A stretch of DNA of 64,000 nucleotides from positions 1,152,001 through 1,216,000 of the forward strand of contig CAVSZB010000007.1 in the NCBI GenBank assembly GCA_963732385.1, read 5' to 3'. The stretch comes from an uncultured bacterium. Its GTDB lineage: Bacteria > Krumholzibacteriota > Krumholzibacteriia > LZORAL124-64-63. The notes under the pieces are model-generated. The model did no database searches. It was not told the DNA's origin and saw only the letters and a list, made by a program, of their open reading frames with translations. Of the stretch, positions 29,161 to 40,124 are shown piece after piece. How positions within the stretch are numbered: position 1 is the stretch's first letter; each line of letters begins with the position of its first letter. A program made the translations under genes and the position numbers.

Positions 29161-29184
29161 AGACTGTGAACATTGGCACAGTCT
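29161..29184. promoter_or_regulatory. Rex-like operator
   Basis: AGACTGTG-AACATTGG-CACAGTCT inverted repeat; core CTGTG-N8-CACAG has the same geometry as the site upstream of rex. Confidence 0.6.
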
Positions 29185-29226
29185 GTCCGCCAGGACGCCA
29201 GGCGTCCGCCCCTAAGGAGGTTCCCG

Positions 29227-29592
29227 ATGCGCAGGCTGACCCTGAGCCTCGCTGCCCTGCTGCTCTGCTTCGCCGTGGCGATCGCCGCGGCCGAGGACAA
29301 GAAGCCGGAGCCGGCGAAGAAGCTCGACGGCAAGGAGCTGTTCAAGACCAACTGCAAAAGCTGCCACGACGCCAAGTCGCCGCACGGCGAGTACACCCCG
29401 ATGACCTACATCGGCGAGCAGTGGGAGCGCTTCTTCGACGAGAAGCTGGCCGAGACGCACCAGGCGGTCGTCGATACGACCCGCAGCGCCGAGCCGCTCC
29501 TGAAACTGATCACCCCGGAAGAGCTGAAGGAAATGCGCAAATTCTGCGTCGACCACGCAGCCGACTCCGAGCATCCCATGACCTGCGGCTGA
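29227..29592 (+). CDS. Periplasmic monoheme cytochrome c
   Basis: Signal peptide, CKSCH, C-terminal HAADSEHPMTCG; AAGGAGG RBS. Confidence 0.88.
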   Translation: MRRLTLSLAALLLCFAVAIAAAEDKKPEPAKKLDGKELFKTNCKSCHDAKSPHGEYTPMTYIGEQWERFFDEKLAETHQAVVDTTRSAEPLLKLITPEELKEMRKFCVDHAADSEHPMTCG

Positions 29593-29620
29593 ACACCGCA
29601 AGTCCCAGAAGGAGAAACCG

Positions 29621-31339
29621 ATGAAAAGGATTCTGACCGGCGCCCTCTGCCTGCTGCTTGCGAGCGCCGTGGTCGCCCGCGCAGCTGAGCCGAAGCTGGA
29701 GGACCGGGTGAAGGAGCTCGAGGCGAAGGCGGCGAAGGTCAAGGCGCTCGAGGCCGAGGTGGCCAAGGTCAAGACGCTCGAGGCCGAGATCGCCAAGCTG
29801 AAGGCCCTGGAGCCGCGGCTCATGAAGGTCGAGAAGCACGACGCCACCGACCGGCTCCACTTCACCGGCGACTTCCGCTTCGAGGCGCACAACATCCAGG
29901 CCGAGATGCCGGACTTCTATGACGGCATGGTCGTGCAGAACGGCCTCGTCAACACGCTGTTCTACTCGATGCAGAACGACGGCGACTTCCCCACCACGCT
30001 GCAGCAGGTCAACAACTGGATCGCCAACAACTACGGCGACTACCTCTACTTCACGCAGAACCTGACCTTCGGCGACCTGCAGGCCGCCATGGGCATGTTC
30101 ACGCCGCAGCAGCAGGCGGGCCTGATGCAGATGCTGCTGCCGGCCGCGTACACGCAGGGCTACGACGTCAACAATGACATCCTCTACACGTCGCGCCTGC
30201 GGCTGCAGATGGACTCCGAGGTCGCGGAGAACCTCACCTTCGCCGGCCGCCTCGGCATGTACAAGCCGTGGGGCGACAGCTCCGGCGTGCAGGTGCTCAA
30301 CGGGCAGTCCAACTCGCTGAACATCGACGGCACCACCGTCGGCGTGCCCAACAGCGACATTTTGCGGGTCGAGCGGGCCTACTTCGACTGGAAGAACATC
30401 GGCGGCGTGCCGGTCTACCTGTCGATCGGCCGGCGACCCTCCACGGGCGGCGCCCCACTGCACCTGCGCCAGGACGAGCCGCGCGGCGGCACTCCGATGG
30501 GCTCGCTCATCAACTTCCAGTTCGACGGCATCACCGCGGGCTGGCACGTCAACGACAAGTCCACCGTGCGGATCTGCTACGGACTCGGCTACGAGTCGGG
30601 CTTCGGCAACGGCGAGCAGCTCATGTCGCCGGCCGACCGCCTCAAGGACGCCCACTTCCTCGGCCTCAACTGGGACATCTGGAGCACCGACCAGATGTTC
30701 GTGCAGGCGACCGTGGCCCGCGCCTTCGACGTGACCGACGGCTTCAACGGCCTGGTGGTCCTGCCCAACAACCCGCTCACCGGCGCGCCGGTGGGGGCGC
30801 CGGTCGTGATGCGCTTCACGCCGTCGGCCAATCTCGGCGACATCGACCTCGGCAGCCTGGTCGTCATGCGACGCGACGGCCCGCTCGACTGGTTCGCCAG
30901 CATCAACTTCAATCGCTCCGACCCCAACGGCGTGACCACGCCGTTCGGCGGCCTGTTCAGCGACCCGTTCCAGACGCCCGAGCAGCAGGACGGCAACATG
31001 TGGTACGCCGGCCTGCGCTACAGCCTGCCGAACGAGCAGACGAAGGTCGGCTTCGAGTACAATCACGGCTCGAAGTACTGGTTCAACTTCGCGGTGGCCG
31101 AAGACGACATCGTCGCCCCCAAGACCAGCGCCCGCGGCAACGTCTGGGAGCTGTACGCCACGCACCGCATCAACAAGAAGTTCATCGCGAAGCTCGACTA
31201 CATGCGCTACGACTACGAATACTCCGGCTCCGGCTGGCAGCTGGGCGACCCCAAGCAGCTCGACTCCACGCCGGTGCTCGGCTTCCCGACCTACGACACG
31301 GTCGACAAGGTGGCCCTGTCGGTCACGACCCGCTTCTAG
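29621..31339 (+). CDS. Outer-membrane beta-barrel, DUF3373-like porin with N-terminal coiled coil
   Basis: Signal peptide, coiled coil, FTGDFRFE, RVERAYFDW, SIGRRPSTGG, FEYNHGSKYW, terminal Phe. Confidence 0.82.
   Translation: MKRILTGALCLLLASAVVARAAEPKLEDRVKELEAKAAKVKALEAEVAKVKTLEAEIAKLKALEPRLMKVEKHDATDRLHFTGDFRFEAHNIQAEMPDFYDGMVVQNGLVNTLFYSMQNDGDFPTTLQQVNNWIANNYGDYLYFTQNLTFGDLQAAMGMFTPQQQAGLMQMLLPAAYTQGYDVNNDILYTSRLRLQMDSEVAENLTFAGRLGMYKPWGDSSGVQVLNGQSNSLNIDGTTVGVPNSDILRVERAYFDWKNIGGVPVYLSIGRRPSTGGAPLHLRQDEPRGGTPMGSLINFQFDGITAGWHVNDKSTVRICYGLGYESGFGNGEQLMSPADRLKDAHFLGLNWDIWSTDQMFVQATVARAFDVTDGFNGLVVLPNNPLTGAPVGAPVVMRFTPSANLGDIDLGSLVVMRRDGPLDWFASINFNRSDPNGVTTPFGGLFSDPFQTPEQQDGNMWYAGLRYSLPNEQTKVGFEYNHGSKYWFNFAVAEDDIVAPKTSARGNVWELYATHRINKKFIAKLDYMRYDYEYSGSGWQLGDPKQLDSTPVLGFPTYDTVDKVALSVTTRF
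29711..29812 (+). repeat. About 3.4 copies of a 30-bp (10-aa) coding tandem repeat
   Basis: KELEAKAAKV / KALEAEVAKV / KTLEAEIAKL / KALE. Confidence 0.85.
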
Positions 31340-31360
31340 GGGTTCGGCAAGGGAGACGCC

Positions 31361-32767
31361 ATGAAGTTCAGATCCGCGCTCTTCCTGCCGGCCATCCTGG
31401 TCTGCGCCGCCGCCTCCGCGGCGGCGCCGGCCGGTGAGCCGGCGTTTTCGCACAAGGAGGCCTTCGAGCACTACGAAGGCACAAAGACCTGCCTGCAGTG
31501 CCATCAGGACGCCGCCGAGGCGTTCTTCCATTCGCAGCACTACCAGTGGCGCGGCGAAACGCCGGCGCTGGTCAACGCGCCCGGCCAGAAGCTCGGCAAG
31601 CTGAACACGATCAACGATTTCTGCACCAACCCGCAGATGAGCTGGATCGGCGTCGTGAAGAACTCCCGCGGCGACGTCATCTCCGAGGGCTGCGCCAAGT
31701 GCCACGCCGGCCTCGGCCGGCTGCCGACCGAGGAGATGAGCCAGGAGCAGCTCGAGAACATCGACTGCCTGATCTGCCACGCCTCGGGCTACCGGCGCGG
31801 TCTCTACTCGTCGGCCACCGGCGGCTGGGAGTGGAAGCCGATCCTCTGGCAGAACCAGGAGGGGCTCGACTCGGTGAGCAAACGCATCGGCCAGCCGACG
31901 CGCCTCACCTGCCTGCGCTGCCACGCCGGCGCCGGCGGCGGCCCCAACTTCAAGCGCGGCGACATCGAGTACGCGCTGGCCGATTGCGACTCGAACTTCG
32001 ACGTGCACATGGCGAAGTCGGGCCATGACCTGCAGTGCATCGACTGCCACCGCGGCGAGGGACACCGGGTGCGCGGCCGGGGCGCCGACCTCTCGGCCAC
32101 CGACATGCCCGGCGCCACCCTCTCGTGCGCCGAGTCCGGCTGCCACGGCGAGGCTCCGCATCGCAACGCGATCATCAACAAGCACGCCCGCCGCGTCGCC
32201 TGCGCGACCTGTCACGTGCCGGTGTTCGCGAAGACCGATCCCACCGACATGGCCCGCGACTGGTCGCGTCCGGTCTACAAGGAGGAGGCGGACAAGTACA
32301 CGGCCACGATCGTCCTGCAGAAGGACGTCACGCCGGTCTACGCCTGGTACAACGGACGCACCCGCACCCAGCTGCTCGGCGAGCCGGTGACGCGGATGGC
32401 CGACGGCAAGGTCGGCATCATGCTGCCGCAGGGGGACCGCAACGACCCCGAGGCGCGGATCGCCCCCTTCAAGTTCCACGCCGGCCGTCTGCCGCTTTTG
32501 ACGGACCGGCAGTGGCTGATCCCGATCGCGGTGGAGGAGTTCTTCGCCGACGGGGAGATCGACGCGGCGGTCCGCGCCGCCGCGAAGCAGCTCTACGGAG
32601 TCGAAGATGCGGCGTTCGAGTGGATCGACACCGTGCGCTACATGGGGATCTATCACGAAGTGCAGCCGAAGGCGCAGGCCCTCAAGTGCGCCGCCTGCCA
32701 CGGTCCGGGCGAGCGGCTCGACTGGAAGGCGCTCGGCTACCCTGGGGATCCCCGCGCCAAGAAGTGA
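31361..32767 (+). CDS. Octaheme cytochrome c, tetrathionate-reductase (OTR)-like
   Basis: Signal peptide; 7 CxxCH plus CAESGCH (CX4CH); GKLNTINDFC, FDVHM, RLDWKALGYPGDP typical of the OTR family. Confidence 0.82.
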   Translation: MKFRSALFLPAILVCAAASAAAPAGEPAFSHKEAFEHYEGTKTCLQCHQDAAEAFFHSQHYQWRGETPALVNAPGQKLGKLNTINDFCTNPQMSWIGVVKNSRGDVISEGCAKCHAGLGRLPTEEMSQEQLENIDCLICHASGYRRGLYSSATGGWEWKPILWQNQEGLDSVSKRIGQPTRLTCLRCHAGAGGGPNFKRGDIEYALADCDSNFDVHMAKSGHDLQCIDCHRGEGHRVRGRGADLSATDMPGATLSCAESGCHGEAPHRNAIINKHARRVACATCHVPVFAKTDPTDMARDWSRPVYKEEADKYTATIVLQKDVTPVYAWYNGRTRTQLLGEPVTRMADGKVGIMLPQGDRNDPEARIAPFKFHAGRLPLLTDRQWLIPIAVEEFFADGEIDAAVRAAAKQLYGVEDAAFEWIDTVRYMGIYHEVQPKAQALKCAACHGPGERLDWKALGYPGDPRAKK

Positions 32768-32790
32768 TCCGCGGACAGGACGACACGGGC

Positions 32791-32825
32791 GGGGCCGGCG
32801 CCGCGCGACGCCGGCCCCTCTTTTT
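32791..32825 (+). terminator. Intrinsic terminator
   Basis: GGGGCCGGCG...CGCCGGCCCC then TCTTTTT. Confidence 0.8.
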
Positions 32826-32909
32826 GCGGTTTCCGGGCTGCTGAACGGGCGCTTTCGTCAGCTCTGGCCTAATCTGACCGCCATTGCCCAGGCAAAGGAG
32901 ACGAACCGC

Positions 32910-33491
32910 ATGTTCAAGTCGCTGACTCTCGCGCTGGCCTGCGCGGCCGCGCTCATCCTGCCCCTCGCCGTCGCGGCGCAGGAGGCCACCCCCGCCCCCG
33001 CCTTCACCCTGATGAACCAGGAGGGCAAGCCGGTCAGCCTGGCCGACTACGCCGGCAAGATCGTCGTCCTGGAGTGGACCAACTACGAGTGCCCCTTCGT
33101 GAAGCACCACGCCACGGCCGGCACCATGAAGTCGCTCGCCGGGAAATGGGCCGACAAGGGAGTGGTCTGGCTGGCCGTCAACTCCACGCAGCACGCCACC
33201 CGCGCCCTGGACGCCGCCTGGATCGCGGCCACCGGGCTCCCCTACCCCGTGCTCGAGGACTTCGACGGCAGGGTGGGCCATGCCTACGGCGCCCGCACCA
33301 CGCCGCACCTGTTCATTGTCGGCAAAGACGGCAGGCTGGCCTACGAGGGGGCGATCGACGATGACCGCCGGCTGGCCGGCAAGCCGGCCGTGAACTACGT
33401 CGAGCAGGCGCTGGCGGAACTGACGGCGGGCAAGCCCGTGAGCGTCCCGGCCACCGATCCGTACGGCTGCTCGGTGAAGTACAGGGAATAG
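32910..33491 (+). CDS. Exported redoxin (AhpC/TSA, thioredoxin fold)
   Basis: [43 protein letters not shown]. Confidence 0.88.
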   Translation: MFKSLTLALACAAALILPLAVAAQEATPAPAFTLMNQEGKPVSLADYAGKIVVLEWTNYECPFVKHHATAGTMKSLAGKWADKGVVWLAVNSTQHATRALDAAWIAATGLPYPVLEDFDGRVGHAYGARTTPHLFIVGKDGRLAYEGAIDDDRRLAGKPAVNYVEQALAELTAGKPVSVPATDPYGCSVKYRE

Positions 33492-33516
33492 CCCCGTCCG
33501 CCGACAGGAGGCTGGC

Positions 33517-33879
33517 ATGAGCGTCGAAGCTGCCCGCGAAGCCGCGGTGCGCAAGGGGGCGGACCGCATCCTCCGCCACATCTTCCTCTGCTGCGACCAG
33601 ACCGACCCGAAGTGCTGCGACCGGGAGGCCGGGCTGGCGTCGTGGGCGTTCCTGAAGGAGCGGCTCGACGCGCTGCAGCTGACCGGCGCCGGCGGCGTCT
33701 ACCGCACGAAGGTCGACTGCCTGCGGATCTGCCGTCAGGGGCCGATCGCGGTGGTCTACCCGGAGGGGGTCTGGTACCACTCCTGCACGCCGCAGGTCCT
33801 CGAGCGCATCATCCAGGAGCATTTGATCGGGGGCCGACCGGTGGTCGAAAATCTGCTGCTCGGGCCGCCTGCGGGATAA
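33517..33879 (+). CDS. Thioredoxin-like [2Fe-2S] ferredoxin
   Basis: RHIFLCC...[32 protein letters not shown]. Confidence 0.9.
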   Translation: MSVEAAREAAVRKGADRILRHIFLCCDQTDPKCCDREAGLASWAFLKERLDALQLTGAGGVYRTKVDCLRICRQGPIAVVYPEGVWYHSCTPQVLERIIQEHLIGGRPVVENLLLGPPAG

Positions 33880-33897
33880 GCGCCGGCGCGCGCGACG

Positions 33898-34881
33898 TCA
33901 CGCCGCCGCGCGCCCGATCAGCACGCCGCTGGCCGTGGCCACCTCGACCGCGCGAATGTCGCCGAAGCCGGCCTCCGTCAGCAGCCGCTGCGTTTCGGTC
34001 CAGGTGTAGGAGCGGCCCGCCTCCGTCCCCACCAGCATGTTGACGGCGAACCGCGCCGCGGAGGCGGGGCGTGTGCGGCTGTCGTCGAGGTAGAAGTCCT
34101 TCACCATCAGCGCCCCGCCCGGCACGAGCGCGCGCCGCGCCTTGGCGAACAGAGCGGCGATCCCGTCCCGGCCCAGGCTGTGGATGATGTTGGACACGTA
34201 GACGCAGTCGTAGCCCTCGCCAAGCTCGTCCGTGAAGTAGTCCCCGGCCACCGTCCCCACGCGCGCCGACAGGCCCGCCCGCGCGATCTCCTCGCGGGCG
34301 ATCGCCACCACCTCCGGCAGGTCGTACACGTCGCAGGCCAGCTGCGGATGGAGCCGCGCGAAGGTGATCGCCGCGGTGCCGGGACCGCCCCCGAGATCGA
34401 GCAGCCGGCGGAACGGTGAGAAGTCAATCTTCGCCGCCACCTCCTCGCTGGAGGCGCGCGAAACGTCCGCCATGCCGCAGATGAAGGCCCGCAGCTCGGC
34501 GGGCTGTCGCGACTGCTGCGCGCGGGGCGCCGGCCGTCCGGTGCGCACGACCTCGGGCAGGTGCGCCCAGCGGGCGATCAGGTGGTGATGATGCTCGTAG
34601 ATCGCCGCCTGCGACTGCGCGCCGTCGGGCAGCAGCAGCGGCGCACAGTCGGGCGCGAGGCCGAAGCCGTCCGGCGTCCCGATCAGCACCGCCTCGGCCG
34701 CGAGCGCCAGCAGCAGGAGTTCGAGGGCCCGCGCATCGACCTGCAGTTCGACGGCGAGATCGGCCGCGGCGCGCGGACCGTCACGCAGCGCCCGGAACAG
34801 GCCGAGGTGATTCGCGGTCAGCAGGATGAAGGCGTTCTGGTAGCCGTGCACGAGGGCATCGAGGCGGGCGCGGGGTTCCAT
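33898..34881 (-). CDS. SAM-dependent O-methyltransferase (dimerisation domain + methyltransferase domain)
   Basis: LLDLGGGPG, YDLPEV, AGDYF, SNIIH, LVPGG. Confidence 0.88.
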   Translation of the reverse strand: MEPRARLDALVHGYQNAFILLTANHLGLFRALRDGPRAAADLAVELQVDARALELLLLALAAEAVLIGTPDGFGLAPDCAPLLLPDGAQSQAAIYEHHHHLIARWAHLPEVVRTGRPAPRAQQSRQPAELRAFICGMADVSRASSEEVAAKIDFSPFRRLLDLGGGPGTAAITFARLHPQLACDVYDLPEVVAIAREEIARAGLSARVGTVAGDYFTDELGEGYDCVYVSNIIHSLGRDGIAALFAKARRALVPGGALMVKDFYLDDSRTRPASAARFAVNMLVGTEAGRSYTWTETQRLLTEAGFGDIRAVEVATASGVLIGRAAA

Positions 34882-34896
34882 GGCGACCTCCCGGAG

Positions 34897-35544
34897 CTAG
34901 GTGGCGGCCGCGACAGCGGCCGCGTGCTGCGCGGCGACGATTTCGCGCACCCGACGCCCGAGCGGTTCGTCGGCCACCAGTTGCGCCACCCACTGGCGAC
35001 GCTCCTTGAGCTGCCGCTTCTCCATCAGCAGGGGCAGCAGGCCGCCGGCGTCGGCGAGCGAGAGCAGTAGCAGCGTCCGCCGATCACGCTGCGTCGTCTC
35101 GGCGAGGATCAGGCGGCGCAGGCGCTCGCGGATCTCCCGTTCGGGCCGGGGATCCACCTCCGGATAGATCTTCCGCCGGAAGAACAGCAGGACGGTCCGC
35201 TCGTCGGCCCGCAGCACTCCCTGCCGGCAGAGTCCCTGCGCGATGCGAGCCTGCAGCTGCTTCGCCCCGGCGAACCGGGCGATCCAGGTCCCGGCCTGGC
35301 CGCGCCGGCTCGCCGCGACCACCTTCGCCAGGCACTCGTCGAGCAGCGATTCGCCGAGCGGCCGGGGATCGGCCGCCTCCACGAACAGCTTCCGCCCCTC
35401 GACCCGCAGCGCCACCCGGCCGGCCTCCACCAGTTCCGCCAGCAGCGCGGCGCCGACCGCCGTCGGCCAGGCGACCCAGTGGGCCGTGCCCTCGCGTTCG
35501 CGCAGGGCGAGCAGCAGCAGTTCCTCTTGCAGCTTCAGCGTCAT
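34897..35544 (-). CDS. GPP34/GOLPH3-family protein
   Basis: LQEELLLLAL...AALLAELVEAGRV...LLFFRRKIYP; start overlaps the upstream stop (ATGA). Confidence 0.82.
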   Translation of the reverse strand: MTLKLQEELLLLALREREGTAHWVAWPTAVGAALLAELVEAGRVALRVEGRKLFVEAADPRPLGESLLDECLAKVVAASRRGQAGTWIARFAGAKQLQARIAQGLCRQGVLRADERTVLLFFRRKIYPEVDPRPEREIRERLRRLILAETTQRDRRTLLLLSLADAGGLLPLLMEKRQLKERRQWVAQLVADEPLGRRVREIVAAQHAAAVAAAT

Positions 35545-37545
35545 GCCGGCCCCTCCCTTCCGGTGATCCCGTCGGGCAGCCCCCGCACGACCGCCGCCAG
35601 GCCCGGCAGCGGCCCCGGTTCGCCGTCGCAGGCGGCCACCTCCGCCAGCAGCTCGTTCAGCTGGCGCAGTCCGGACGGGATCCATTGCGCGTACCAGGCC
35701 TTCCCTTTCACGCGCGACAGGAAGGCGAAGGCCCCCAGCGCCTGCATGATCCGCTGCAGACCAGCCACGGCGGCCATCCGGCACAGGAGGATCGGGTCGA
35801 GATCGGGGCCGCCCCGGGCCGCCAGCCGGTCGCGATAGTAGGCGAGGAGCGGACCCCGCTCCGCCGCCGGCAGATCGACGTACGGATCGCGCAGCAGCGA
35901 GACGACGTCGTACAGCAGCGGTCCCCGGCGCATCCCCTGGAAGTCTACGAGCCGCACCTGCCCGTCGTGGAAGAGGATGTTCTGCGACTGGAAATCGCGG
36001 TGCATCAGGACGACCGGCTGCCCAAGCGCCGCCCGCGCGAGTCGCGCGCAGTCGTCGTCGAGAGCCGCCGTTTCGCCCGCCGGCACCCCGCACAGTTCGA
36101 CCAGGAATCGCTGGCGGAAGTAGTCGGTCTCCCAGCGCAGGGTGTCGTAATCGAAGAGACGATCGCCGGCCTCGGGACAGCGGGAGAGGACCGCGGTGCC
36201 GCGGGTCTGCAGATCCACGAGCAGGTCGATGACCGGACGGTACAGATCGCCCAGCGGATCGAGGGTCGTGGTGGCGAGCCGGTGCAGCGTGGCATCGCCG
36301 AGATCCTCCATCAGCACGGCGCCCCGCTCCATGTCGGCGGCCAGTAGCCGCGGTCCCCCCAGCTGTTCGGCCTGGAGAAACCGCCCCACGGCGAGATAGC
36401 GCGCCAGATCGGGATCGTCTGCCGTCGTGCGCATCAGGACGGCGGTCGCGGCCGGCGCACCCGTCGGCGCGCAGAGGCGCCAGAAGGAGCGGTCCGAACC
36501 CTGTTCCACCAGCGGCTCGACGCGCGTGTCCGGCCCGAAGCCGGCGCCACGCACGATCGCCAGGCGCGGGATCTCATTCTCCTCCTGCGTGACCGCCCAG
36601 CCGAGACCGAGCAGGGCCCGGTGCCAGCCCGCGCCGGTCGGCACGGTCACTCCGTCAAGTACGACGCAGTCGACCAGGCGCGCCCCCGCGGCCACGCGCG
36701 CGCCGCGGCCCAGGCTGAGGAACCCCTCCACGTGCGCGGCCGGATCGACCGCCGCCCCCTCCGCGAGGTACAGGGCCGCGCCCTCCCCGGCCGGCCGCGG
36801 CCAGCCGGTCCGTCCCTCCACGAGCAGGTCCCGATGCGCGCCGAGCAGGCGCGCGATAGTGCCGAGATCGTTCCAGTAGAGCGGAGCGGGCGCGAAGCCC
36901 CGCACCGCTCCGGGCCGATCGGCGAGAGCCGACAGCAGAGCCTCCACCAGCGTGGCATAGCCGCTCCCGGGGAGCCAGCGGAAGAGCCCCGGGTCGATGA
37001 CCGCCACCCCGGTGTAGGTGAGCAGCCGCGTCCCGTCGTCCGGCGGGGCCGCGTGACGACCGTTGATGTCGAGAACCGTCCCGTCCGGCGCGAGCAGCAC
37101 GCTGTTGGTGGCGGGATCGTCGGCCAGGGCCAGCGTGACGAGCGCTCCGCCCGCGCCGTGCGCGGCCTCCAGGGCCCGCAGGTCGAGATCGGTGAGCACG
37201 TCGCCGTTGTGCAGCAGGAAGGGCTCGCCCTGGTCGAGAAACGCGCGCGCGTTCACCAGGGCCCCGCCGGTGCCGAGGATGTCCGGTTCGTGCAGCAGCC
37301 GGTACTCGCAGGCGTGATCGGACAGGGCGAACTGCTCCACACAACGCGCGATCTGCTCCGGGAGGTGATGGCTGTTGATCGCGATCCGCCGCGCCCCCGC
37401 GGCGCGCAGCCCCTCCACCACCAGCGCCAGCAACGGGCGACCCAGCACCGGCACCAGCGGCTTGGGCAGGCGGTCGGTCAGCGGCCGCAGACGCGTGCCG
37501 TATCCTGCCGCGAGGACCATCGCCCGGGAGACGGTTGCCGACACC

Positions 37546-37553
<8 letters not shown>
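35541..37553 (-). CDS. Fusion of a MurU-like nucleotidyltransferase (with short hexapeptide stretch) and an AmgK-like sugar phosphotransferase
   Basis: AMVLAAGYGTRLRPLTDRLPKPL, LGTGG, HNGDV, WNDLG; then QGSDRSFWR, MEDLGD, HRDFQSQN, VDFQG, YDVVSLLRDPY, QRIMQALGAF in one frame. Confidence 0.85.
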
Positions 37554-38727
<1,174 letters not shown>

Positions 38728-38795
38728 GGCGGGATGATAGACGCCCGCCGCGCGGAAGTCGAGATCGTCGCGAGGCGGCTGAAGCCAGTGCGTCG

Positions 38796-38831
38796 AAAAA
38801 TAAACCGGGGGGACGTGATCGCCCCCCCGGT
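38796..38831 (-). terminator. Intrinsic terminator of the pentaheme/porin operon
   Basis: ACCGGGGGG...CCCCCCGGT stem followed on the minus strand by TTATTTTT. Confidence 0.75.
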
Positions 38832-38862
38832 GCTGATCTGCAGGGTTGCCGACGAAAGCCGG

Positions 38863-40104
38863 TCAGAATGCCGCGATCAACCCCACCGTCAACCGCGCCT
38901 TCTTTTCCTGCAGATCCCGCCCACCCTCGAGCATCAGGCGGACATTGCGCGCGACCAGATGATTCACGGTCAGCGATACGGTCTCCCGGTCGGCGCCCTC
39001 ATAGGTAGTCTCGGAGCCAGTGCCGTCATCATCGGATTCGACCAGGTTGTAGAGGACCGAGAAGGCCAGGCGGCCGTTCTCGCCCCGCGGAAACAGGTGC
39101 AGCTCCGCGAAGCCGCCCCGCGTGACTTGCGTGTTCTCGACGCCGACGAACCACGGATCATCATCCTCGCGGTAGAGGAACTGGGCGTTGAGCTGCGCCT
39201 TATCCCCCAGGTTCACCACCAGGTCCGGGCCGACGTAGAAGGTTTCGTTGGTGGCGCCGGCCAGCTCCACCTCGCCGTCGGGAACGTACTCGGTCGTGCG
39301 CCCCCAGTAGCCGAAGGCGCCAACCCGCACCGGTCCGCTCCAGCGCGAGGCGCGCGCGGCGACGTTCTTGTTGCGGTCGTCGTCGAAGCGCACGAAATCG
39401 GAGATCCCCTCCTCGCCCACCTCGCCGATCCCGTTGCCGTTGATGATCTGCGCCGAGAAATCGACGCCGCCTGGCAGGGCGCGCGACAGCACGATGCCCC
39501 GATCGTAAGTGAGGTTTACGGGCGAATCGCCGACCTTCGTCTTGTAGATCAGGTAATCGTAGCGCTCGAGGCGCAGCTCCCGCTTGAACAGCGGATCGCA
39601 CACCTGGAACTGGCCGGCCATCAGGGTGAAGCCGCTGCCCAGGATGTCGTTCACCTGGAGGTAGGCGTCCTCCAGGCCGGTCACCGCGCCATGCTCGGCC
39701 AGGAAATAGAAGTAGTAAGAAACCTGCCTCCCGATCGGGCCGCCTGAAAGCACCTTCCACACCCAGGGCGACTCGAAATCGGTGCGGGCGCGGGCATCCT
39801 CCTTCCAGGAGAGGAACCCCTCCATGCGCACCGCCAGCGGCAAATCGCGCGGCAGGGCCAGCAGCGGATCGCCCACGTCGTAGGTGGCGCGGGCCGGCTC
39901 CTGGGCCGCATCGAGCCGGAAACCCCTGGCGGCGAACTCTTCGCCGTACGGCTTGAGCCGGGGAAACGGCGCGTGACAGGTCGTGCAGGACATCTGGTAC
40001 TTGCGGGCGAAAGCCGGGATCGCGCCGGCGTCGTTCCAGGCGGACGCCAGGGCGAGCGTCAGGACACCGAGCATCAGGGCCGCGCGGCGGGCTCTCGGGT
40101 TCAT
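38863..40104 (-). CDS. Outer-membrane beta-barrel with an N-terminal heme c motif
   Basis: Signal peptide, AIPAFARKYQMSCTTCHAPFPRLKPYGEEF, amphipathic beta strands, terminal Phe. Confidence 0.82.
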   Translation of the reverse strand: MNPRARRAALMLGVLTLALASAWNDAGAIPAFARKYQMSCTTCHAPFPRLKPYGEEFAARGFRLDAAQEPARATYDVGDPLLALPRDLPLAVRMEGFLSWKEDARARTDFESPWVWKVLSGGPIGRQVSYYFYFLAEHGAVTGLEDAYLQVNDILGSGFTLMAGQFQVCDPLFKRELRLERYDYLIYKTKVGDSPVNLTYDRGIVLSRALPGGVDFSAQIINGNGIGEVGEEGISDFVRFDDDRNKNVAARASRWSGPVRVGAFGYWGRTTEYVPDGEVELAGATNETFYVGPDLVVNLGDKAQLNAQFLYREDDDPWFVGVENTQVTRGGFAELHLFPRGENGRLAFSVLYNLVESDDDGTGSETTYEGADRETVSLTVNHLVARNVRLMLEGGRDLQEKKARLTVGLIAAF

Positions 40105-40124
40105 CGCGTGCCTCCTCCCCGTCC

